From IMG/VR virus record IMGVR_UViG_2526164602_000017, positions 1-7,631 of that record: a DNA stretch of 7,631 bases; one strand, 5' to 3'. This DNA comes from a virus. Its lineage: Duplodnaviria > Heunggongvirae > Uroviricota > Caudoviricetes. The translations under genes and the position numbers were made by a program. The notes below the pieces were generated by a model. The model was not told the origin of the DNA, searched no databases, and saw only the letters and a program-made list of their open reading frames with translations. Below, piece by piece: positions 1 to 5,450 of this stretch (positions are counted from its first letter, which is position 1; every line of letters begins with the position of its first letter).

Positions 1-25
1 GGTTCAAATCCAGCAAGGGCCACCA
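1..25 (+). tRNA. 3' fragment of a tRNA (5' part lies outside the window); probably tRNA-Ile2-like (AUA-decoding)
   Basis: T-loop TTCAAAT (3-9), T-stem 3' strand CCAGC (10-14), acceptor 3' strand AAGGGCC (15-21), discriminator A22, encoded CCA 23-25. The 3' end resembles E. coli tRNA-Ile2 as I recall it, and the ileZ-argN-argO arrangement of Stx phages fits. The anticodon is not in the window, so identity is inferred. Confidence 0.55.
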
Positions 26-32
26 TCACATA

Positions 33-109
33 CCGCCATTAGCTCATCGGGATAGAACGCCAGCCTTCGAAGCTGGTTTCGCGGGGTTCGAGTCTCCGAT
101 GGCGGTCCA
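33..109 (+). tRNA. tRNA-Arg, anticodon UCG (reads CGA/CGG)
   Basis: Hand-folded cloverleaf: acceptor CCGCCAT (33-39) / ATGGCGG (99-105); D-stem GCTC (42-45) / GAAC (55-58, one mismatch); anticodon stem CCAGC (60-64) / GCTGG (72-76); loop CTTCGAA with anticodon TCG at 67-69; T-stem CGGGG (82-86) / CTCCG (94-98, one G-U); T-loop TTCGAGT; discriminator T106; encoded CCA 107-109. Confidence 0.85.
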
Positions 110-122
110 TTATCGGTATTCT

Positions 123-199
123 GCGTTTTTAGCTCAGCCGGACAGAGCAATTGCCTTCTAAGCAATCGGTCACTGGTTCGAACCCAGTACAACGCACCA
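123..199 (+). tRNA. tRNA-Arg, anticodon UCU (reads AGA)
   Basis: Hand-folded cloverleaf: acceptor GCGTTTT (123-129) / ACAACGC (189-195, one mismatch); D-stem GCTC (132-135) / GAGC (145-148); anticodon stem ATTGC (150-154) / GCAAT (162-166); loop CTTCTAA with anticodon TCT at 157-159; T-stem ACTGG (172-176) / CCAGT (184-188); T-loop TTCGAAC; discriminator A196; encoded CCA 197-199. Confidence 0.85.
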
Positions 200-339
200 C
201 ACTTATTTTCCCTCGCTCGCTTTTGCGGACCTTTTTTGTATCCGCACCACGCCCGGCGCATACCAACCACAGAGCCTTTCGGGGGGAGCTTATGGAGTGG
301 TCAGTGTGACTTTCTCTGTGGGCAGATCGCTCCCGGGCG

Positions 340-801
340 TTGGCTCACCCACCCAAAGGAACGTCACGATGTTTGGTATTTTTGGTAAAAAAAGCCCGCA
401 GAGCGGCAACGGAAATTAAAAAGTTTGAAAAACGCGATCTGGCACAGGTGGTGATTAACGCCGCATACCTGGTGGCCTGTGCAGATGGTGAATGTGAGGC
501 ATCCGAGAAAGCGAAGATCGAACAGGTACTGCGTAATCAGCCAGCGCTGTCCGCGTTTACGTCAGAAATTAATGCGATTAGCGCAACCATTATCGGTCAG
601 CTGGATACGAACTTTAAAACTGGTCGTCGTGCGGCGTTACGTGAGATCGAGGATGTGAAACACGATACGCGTGAAGCGGAAGATGTGCTGGATGTGGCGG
701 TGGCCATTGCGGAGGCAGACGGCGAAATTGAGCCGGAAGAGCGCAAGGTGCTGGAAGAGATTGCCGGTGTTCTGGGTCTTCGTCTGGAGAATTACCTGTG
801 A
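340..801 (+). CDS. TerB-like (tellurite-resistance TerB domain family) protein; start codon uncertain
   Basis: 153-codon ORF with two ADGE-containing motifs (AAYLVACADGE... and VAVAIAEADGEIEPEE...) that I recognise as TerB-like. The track start is TTG 340 with no SD. The only SD+ATG (AGGA 357-360, ATG 369-371) is in another frame that stops after 16 codons; an A7 run at 387-393 separates the two frames. Confidence 0.6.
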   Translation: MAHPPKGTSRCLVFLVKKARRAATEIKKFEKRDLAQVVINAAYLVACADGECEASEKAKIEQVLRNQPALSAFTSEINAISATIIGQLDTNFKTGRRAALREIEDVKHDTREAEDVLDVAVAIAEADGEIEPEERKVLEEIAGVLGLRLENYL

Positions 802-1052
802 CGGTAAAACTGCGTCTGGCTGTGGCTGCACTCCTGCTGTTTCTGGTGGTGATGGTGGATTTCACCAGCAGAATCATGTCGGTGCTGGCGGATGGGGGGC
901 TGGTCTGCGGCATTGTGGTATTGCTGTGGCCGGTGATAAAAAGAACAGCCTGCATAATGCTTGATTTTTTTGTTTACTGTTTATTAAAAATACTACTGCA
1001 TGGCGAATCCCCCTGTGCGGAGGGGCAATCAGCAACCAGGTATATGGGATAA
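798..1052 (+). CDS. small hydrophobic membrane protein, unknown function
   Basis: GTG 798 overlaps the TerB stop (GTGA at 798-801), with GGAGA at 785-789 upstream, which suggests translational coupling. Product has hydrophobic stretches (AVAALLLFLVVMV, LVCGIVVLLWPVI). The AT-rich 3' part (about 955-1010) may be non-coding, so the true end is uncertain. Confidence 0.4.
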   Translation: MTVKLRLAVAALLLFLVVMVDFTSRIMSVLADGGLVCGIVVLLWPVIKRTACIMLDFFVYCLLKILLHGESPCAEGQSATRYMG

Positions 1053-1165
1053 TCGCGGATTCAGGTGCTGGTACTGAATTCACCGGGAGGCACCCGGCAC
1101 CATGCTTTGCCACAAAAGTGTTATTTCTGTTTTTCTCAAACTATCATCGTTATCCCTTTATTTCC

Positions 1166-1192
1166 GGCTGCGCATGGCGCGGCCTTTTTTTT
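1166..1192 (+). terminator. Rho-independent terminator-like hairpin followed by T8
   Basis: Stem GCTGCGC (1167-1173) / GCGCGGC (1177-1183) with one G-U, plus G1166-C1184; loop ATG; then TTTTTTTT at 1185-1192. It lies between the TerB/membrane-ORF pair and the esterase gene. Confidence 0.55.
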
Positions 1193-1278
1193 ACGACCAG
1201 CCACTGGCAGATGGTCATCCTGTGATTTGATTCCGGTTCCGGCTTTTTAACTCTGTTCCTGTACACGGGAGAAATTCG

Positions 1279-3216
1279 ATGTCGATTAAACATTATGATG
1301 TTGTCAGGGCGGCGTCGCCGTCAGATCTTGCGGAAAAGCTGACACACAAACTGAAAGAGGGCTGGCAGCCGTTTGGTAGTCCTGTGGCCATAACCCCTTA
1401 TACCCTGATGCAGGCGATTGCCGCGGAGGGGGATGTGACCACGCCAGTGGTTGTGCCCGGCACGGGGGATGGTGGCTATCCGGGAGTGGTCACCACGGAG
1501 CCAGATTATTACTACGTTATTCCACTGGCCGGGCAGTCGAACGGCATGGCTTACGGTGAGGGGCTTCCTCTGCCGCAGACATATGACCGTCCTGACCCGC
1601 GTATAAAGCAACTGGCTCGTCGCAGCACAGTGACGCCGGATGGCGCTCCCTGTAAATATAACGACATTATTCCGGCAGACCACTGTCTGCATGATGTACA
1701 GGACATGAGCCGTCTTAACCATCCGAAAGCTGACCTGTCGAAAGGTCAGTACGGAACCGTGGGGCAGGGGCTGCATATTGCCAAAAAGCTGCTGCCGTTT
1801 ATACCGGCGAATGCGGGTATTCTTCTGGTTCCGTGCTGCCGTGGTGGTTCAGCTTTCACCACCGGGGCAGATGGAACATACAGTGACGTGACCGGTGCCT
1901 CAGAGAGTTCTACCCGCTGGGGTGTGGGCAGGCCGCTGTATAAGGATCTCATCGGTCGTACAAAAGCCGCGCTGGCAAAGAACCCGAAAAATGTGCTGCT
2001 TGCCGTGGTGTGGATGCAGGGGGAATTTGACTTTGACGGAACGCCAGCAAATCACACAGCCCGTTTTACAGAAGTAGTGGAACAATATCGTACGGACCTT
2101 GCAGATATGGTGGGACAGTGCGCTGGTGGTTCTGCTGACGGTGTTCCCTGGATATGTGGAGACACAACTTATTTCTGGAAGCAGAAGAGCGAATCCACTT
2201 ACCAGACGGTGTACGGCAGTTACAAAAACAAAACGGAAAAGAATATTCACTTTGTGCCGTTCATGACCGATGAGAACGGAGCAAATGTCCCGACGAACAA
2301 ACCGGAAGAAGACCCGGATATTCCGGCATCAGGATATTACGGTGCGGCCTCCCGGACGTCGGCAAACTGGACGTCAGCAGACCGTGCGAGCCATTTCAGC
2401 TCATGGGCACGCAGGGGGATTATTTCTGACCGTCTTGCCTCAGCGATTCTTCTCCATGCAGGACGGACGGCTGAACTGGTGGGTGGGGAACAGGTTGTGA
2501 TGCCGCCGGATGAGAAGCCGTCACCGGACACACCATCAACACCGTCAACGGACGGGAAATCAGTGACAACGCTGCTTTATTACCGTGCAACAGAGTCAGG
2601 TGGTTTACTGAATCCGCAGGGATGGGGAGCTGAAGGAGGGCGTGCATTGGTAGTTGATGATGCAGGTGCTGCAGGAGGTAAGGCGCTGAGGTGGACCAAA
2701 CAGACAGGAAGTTCCTCGTGGTTTATGCAGCATGATGCCGGTAATGGCGCAGACCTGCTGGAGAAGGGCGGGCTTATCAGTTGTCGTTTTAAAGTTGATG
2801 GCACACTGACAGCTAATCAGTACGCACTGGCGCTGTACTGGCCGGTTTCTTCACTGCCTCAGGGCGTCACACTGGAAGGTAATGCCGGTCATAACCTGCT
2901 GGCGTCGTTTTACGTACAGAGCGATGCCACAGACCTTAATGTGATGTACCACAAGGGAAATGCTGGTCAGAACACGAAGCTGGGGTCATTCGGCGCATTT
3001 GATAACGAATGGCATACGCTGGGCTTCCGTTTTGCCGGTAACAACAGTATTGAGGTGACGCCGGTCATTGATGGTAAGGACGGGACGCCGTTCATGCTGT
3101 CACAGTCACCGGTCGGCACGTTTACGGCAGACAAATTGCGCGTGACCGATATCACTAGCGGTGCGACATATCCGGTGCTGATTGAAAGTATAACAGTGGA
3201 AGTGAATAACCCGTAA
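1279..3216 (+). CDS. nanS-p: prophage sialate (9-O-acetyl-Neu5Ac) O-acetylesterase, NanS-p-like (SASA/SGNH hydrolase with N-terminal DUF1737-like region)
   Basis: 645-aa ORF with SD GGGAG 8 nt upstream of ATG 1279. GQSN catalytic-serine motif (PLAGQSNGMAYGEG) as in SASA/SGNH esterases. N-terminus MSIKHYDVVRAASPSDLAEKL resembles the conserved N-terminal domain of Stx-phage NanS-p proteins. Size and position (after the tRNA/stx slot, before S) match those proteins. Confidence 0.8.
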   Translation: MSIKHYDVVRAASPSDLAEKLTHKLKEGWQPFGSPVAITPYTLMQAIAAEGDVTTPVVVPGTGDGGYPGVVTTEPDYYYVIPLAGQSNGMAYGEGLPLPQTYDRPDPRIKQLARRSTVTPDGAPCKYNDIIPADHCLHDVQDMSRLNHPKADLSKGQYGTVGQGLHIAKKLLPFIPANAGILLVPCCRGGSAFTTGADGTYSDVTGASESSTRWGVGRPLYKDLIGRTKAALAKNPKNVLLAVVWMQGEFDFDGTPANHTARFTEVVEQYRTDLADMVGQCAGGSADGVPWICGDTTYFWKQKSESTYQTVYGSYKNKTEKNIHFVPFMTDENGANVPTNKPEEDPDIPASGYYGAASRTSANWTSADRASHFSSWARRGIISDRLASAILLHAGRTAELVGGEQVVMPPDEKPSPDTPSTPSTDGKSVTTLLYYRATESGGLLNPQGWGAEGGRALVVDDAGAAGGKALRWTKQTGSSSWFMQHDAGNGADLLEKGGLISCRFKVDGTLTANQYALALYWPVSSLPQGVTLEGNAGHNLLASFYVQSDATDLNVMYHKGNAGQNTKLGSFGAFDNEWHTLGFRFAGNNSIEVTPVIDGKDGTPFMLSQSPVGTFTADKLRVTDITSGATYPVLIESITVEVNNP

Positions 3217-3363
3217 GCAGGAAAAAAAGGCCGCCGGGGCAGGGAAAACAAGGAGCCAGAACCGGCGGCAAATGTCGTTATATCCAAAGCAAAACATGCA
3301 GGACACTTTTTTAACCAACAGGTATTAACGATGTCAACACCATATCAATAACCGGGAGGGATA

Positions 3364-3546
3364 ATGAGATTTGTACAGCTTATTTTATTGTATTTCTGCA
3401 CGGTGGTGTGCACGTTATATCTGGTAAGTGGCGGGTATAAGGTTATCCGGAACTATATACGCAAAAAGATTGATGCCGCGGCGGCGGAAAAAATCAGCGC
3501 CAGCCAGTCAGCCGGAACAAAACCCGAAGAGCCTCTCATTTCGTAG
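3364..3546 (+). CDS. small hypothetical membrane protein
   Basis: 60-aa ORF with GGGAGGG at 3354-3360 just upstream of ATG 3364 (short spacer). N-terminal hydrophobic helix (FVQLILLYFCTVVCTLYLV) followed by a basic then Ala-rich tail. No family recognised. Confidence 0.35.
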   Translation: MRFVQLILLYFCTVVCTLYLVSGGYKVIRNYIRKKIDAAAAEKISASQSAGTKPEEPLIS

Positions 3547-3583
3547 CAACTTTCTTAACAACACCTTTCAACGAGAAAATCCC

Positions 3584-3853
3584 ATGTCAGAAATAAAATC
3601 TCTGGTCACTGCTGAAGCAGTGAAGGACGTCCTGCGCTCTGAAGAAGTCAGAAGCGCACTGAAACAGCAACTCCGCCAGAATCTTGAGGCGCGTCTTGAT
3701 GCTGAAGTGGATGCCATTCTGGATGAGCTGCTGGGGGGACCGGCTGCTCCTGAGCCTGAAGACGGCGCGGGTGACAGTGCTGTTTCAGATGGCGTTGTGT
3801 CTCAGCCTGACGGTAGCAGTGAGCCTCAGCCTGGCGGCGAAATGATGATGTAA
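3584..3853 (+). CDS. hypothetical acidic protein
   Basis: 89-aa ORF from ATG 3584; the longer track ORF from 3428 would overlap the preceding ORF and lacks an SD. Helical charged N-terminal half and Asp/Glu/Pro/Gly/Ser-rich C-terminal half ending MMM. SD is weak (GAGA). Confidence 0.4.
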   Translation: MSEIKSLVTAEAVKDVLRSEEVRSALKQQLRQNLEARLDAEVDAILDELLGGPAAPEPEDGAGDSAVSDGVVSQPDGSSEPQPGGEMMM

Positions 3854-3928
3854 CCATACGCAGGGGCTGTCGGTGTGAGCTGATGCCCCTCCTGTTGTTG
3901 TGAGCTTCCGGATTGCGGGAGACGGGGT

Positions 3929-4144
3929 ATGTACCAGATGGAAAAAATCACAACGGGTGTGTCATACACCACGTCAGCGGTGGGGACGGGATACTGGTTA
4001 CTGCAGCTGCTGGACAAAGTCTCTCCGTCCCAGTGGGTGGCGATAGGTGTGCTGGGGAGTCTGCTGTTTGGCCTGCTGACGTATCTTACTAACCTGTATT
4101 TCAAAATCAGAGAGGACCGTCGTAAGGCGGCGCGGGGAGAGTAG
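3929..4144 (+). CDS. S: class II holin, phage-21 S-type pinholin
   Basis: 71 aa, near-identical in layout and many residues to phage 21 S as I recall it (..[55 protein letters not shown]). Two TM segments. Dual-start motif MYQM (ATG 3929 and ATG 3938). SD GGGAGACGGGG upstream. Confidence 0.85.
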   Translation: MYQMEKITTGVSYTTSAVGTGYWLLQLLDKVSPSQWVAIGVLGSLLFGLLTYLTNLYFKIREDRRKAARGE

Positions 4145-4147
4145 ACG

Positions 4148-4939
4148 ATGAATAAACAATACGAACTGGTTGTTAAAGGGATAAATATTTACCCGGATAA
4201 GATTACTGTTACTGTGGCGCTGGAAACTGGTGGGTATACGTCACTGTTGTTGCCAAATGTGGTGATTGATCTTGATCGTGTTGAAGGTGCCCCGCTGGAG
4301 TTTTACGAAGCTGAGGCGAAAAAGAAGGCGAAGCAGTTTTTCATGGATATTGCTGCCGGGTTATGTGAAGGGAACGAACCGTTGCCGGAAAAGCGCCTCT
4401 GTTCAGAAGAGCGGTATACCATACAAATTAACAATGCATATAACACGATACAGTCAGAAAAAGATGATATCGAATCACGCATTGAAAAACTGGAGAACAG
4501 CGTCGTTGAACTGAATAAAAAACTGTCGGTGCAGATCCCTTCCGAAGGTGAAAAAAAACGCCGTGATGAGCAGTTCGCGGCGTTTTACGATTATTGCCGG
4601 AAAGTGATGAGCAGAAATCTCGCAGAGTGTTTCCGTATTCAAAAAAACAGAGAGCGCTCTGCAAATAGTGAGATTCTGGATAATTTTTTAAAGGGGACGC
4701 ATCTCGCCAGTGATTGTTTCATTGCTCATTCTTTTGGTGGCTTTCATGAGGCCATCAAACATGATGTTGAGAGAAGTCCAGGTATCCTCTGTTCCATTCC
4801 CGTAAGCATCGAAATAGACACAAATACGATAACCGGTGAACTCGTTACCGCCGGAGTCGGTATATTCCGTCATGAGGGGAACGATGCCAAAGGTTCCTTT
4901 ACAAAAATCGGGCCGTTCTTTCTGAAGGTAGAGCGATAG
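4148..4939 (+). CDS. hypothetical protein, unknown function (cargo ORF A)
   Basis: 263-codon ORF starting 3 nt after the S stop, with GGGAGA 7 nt upstream of ATG 4148. AT-rich; by hand count 6 ATA, 3 AGA, 2 CGG and 1 CGA codons. Predicted coiled-coil-like stretch IESRIEKLENSVVELNKKL. The last 84 codons overlap the convergent ORF on the other strand. No family recognised. Confidence 0.5.
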   Translation: MNKQYELVVKGINIYPDKITVTVALETGGYTSLLLPNVVIDLDRVEGAPLEFYEAEAKKKAKQFFMDIAAGLCEGNEPLPEKRLCSEERYTIQINNAYNTIQSEKDDIESRIEKLENSVVELNKKLSVQIPSEGEKKRRDEQFAAFYDYCRKVMSRNLAECFRIQKNRERSANSEILDNFLKGTHLASDCFIAHSFGGFHEAIKHDVERSPGILCSIPVSIEIDTNTITGELVTAGVGIFRHEGNDAKGSFTKIGPFFLKVER

Positions 4940-5320
4940 TTTGTTAAGTACCCATCCGACAGCTCGCTCATTTTGGTTTATTTTCGTATCGCGAAACAAA
5001 AATTCGAAGCGGCCAGATGACGCATGGGTGCAACCAAATACCGGGGCGTATTCATCAACCTTTGGTGTTCCTGAAAACATGCAGTCCGTGCTCTCGAATG
5101 CAGATGAATTGCTGTTGATCCACTTAACAAAAGAAAAAAAGGTCTGAATCGCTTGTCTGTCTGAATATTCAACAAAATCCTCAAGGTGTGTCTCGATCAG
5201 TTCCGGGTGTTTACGAAAGTCATAATATTGACCGGGACGATATTTATGAGTGGTTGTTTTATCCCATGGTTGTGCTCTGCGTCCCTGTAAACGGAGGTCT
5301 GCCGCTGGATAGATAAGCAT
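4688..5320 (-). CDS. hypothetical protein, unknown function (cargo ORF B)
   Basis: Minus-strand ORF with a canonical SD: AGGAG (complement of 5328-5332), a 7-nt spacer, then ATG (complement of 5318-5320). This gives 210 aa beginning MLIYPAADLRLQ. The track's upstream extension to 5389 has no start signal. AT-rich. No family recognised. Confidence 0.55.
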   Translation of the reverse strand: MLIYPAADLRLQGRRAQPWDKTTTHKYRPGQYYDFRKHPELIETHLEDFVEYSDRQAIQTFFSFVKWINSNSSAFESTDCMFSGTPKVDEYAPVFGCTHASSGRFEFLFRDTKINQNERAVGWVLNKLSLYLQKERPDFCKGTFGIVPLMTEYTDSGGNEFTGYRICVYFDAYGNGTEDTWTSLNIMFDGLMKATKRMSNETITGEMRPL

Positions 5321-5375
5321 AAGTAATCTCCTGGTGGAATGTAATCCACGATCATCCGGGGAAATTAAGAACCCG

Positions 5376-5396
5376 CCAGTGCCCACCACTGGTGGG
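5376..5396. promoter_or_regulatory. compound inverted repeat upstream of cargo ORF B (candidate operator or RNA hairpin)
   Basis: Two overlapping perfect palindromes: CCAGTG (5376-5381) / CACTGG (5387-5392), and CCCACC (5382-5387) / GGTGGG (5391-5396) with spacer ACT. Lies in the 130-bp gap between the start of minus-strand ORF B (5320) and the start of R (5451). Confidence 0.3.
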
Positions 5397-5450
5397 GTGA
5401 AGGCTTAACATATCCAGGGATTCGGAACCGATAAATCCTGATAAATATCC

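Noticed and set aside
4-270. 88-aa minus-strand ORF
   Set aside because: It lies across the three tRNA genes and is a by-product of their GC-rich structured sequence, with no start signal.
614-964. ORFs 614-955 (-), 637-831 (-) and 671-964 (+)
   Set aside because: They overlap the TerB-like gene and membrane ORF in alternative frames, have compositionally odd products (Pro/Arg/His/Trp-rich) and no ribosome-binding sites; shadow ORFs.
955-1010. AT-rich stretch with TTGATT ... TATTAA resembling a sigma-70 promoter
   Set aside because: Spacing between the hexamers is suboptimal (about 15 nt) and the stretch lies inside the small membrane ORF; too weak to call.
1065-1250. 61-aa + ORF
   Set aside because: It runs through the intrinsic terminator hairpin and T-run; it is intergenic sequence.
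200-1278. Shiga toxin genes (stxA/stxB) expected at this position
   Set aside because: No ORF of suitable size or sequence is present (A subunit about 315 aa, B about 89 aa with signal peptides); the slot holds other cargo.
3230-3269. Inverted repeat GCCGCCGG ... CCGGCGGC flanked by A7 on the + strand
   Set aside because: The loop is about 24 nt and there is no T-run on the + strand. It would resemble a terminator only for minus-strand transcripts, and no upstream minus-strand gene is near. Recorded as a possible structure only.
1321-3318. Multiple minus-strand and alternative-frame ORFs (e.g. 1321-1776, 1746-1952, 1900-2250, 2337-2531, 2420-2647, 2580-2804, 2967-3287, 3106-3318, and + 1895-2077, 2270-2500)
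   Set aside because: All are nested in or antisense to the well-supported 645-aa esterase gene, and their products are Arg/Pro/Cys-rich; shadow ORFs of a GC-rich gene.
3428-3583. N-terminal extension of the acidic ORF (track start 3428)
   Set aside because: The extension overlaps ORF 3364-3546 in another frame, encodes a basic low-complexity peptide, and lacks an SD; ATG 3584 is preferred.
3648-4104. Minus-strand ORFs 3648-3857 and 3826-4104
   Set aside because: Antisense to the acidic ORF and to the holin gene; no start signals.
4266-5184. Small ORFs 4266-4514 (+), 4428-4664 (-), 4941-5147 (+), 4978-5184 (-)
   Set aside because: They are nested within the two larger cargo ORFs in other frames, with no ribosome-binding sites and basic low-complexity products.
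5321-5389. Upstream extension of minus-strand ORF B to the track start at 5389
   Set aside because: The extension has no SD and runs through the palindromic element, whereas an AGGAG-n7-ATG start exists at 5320.
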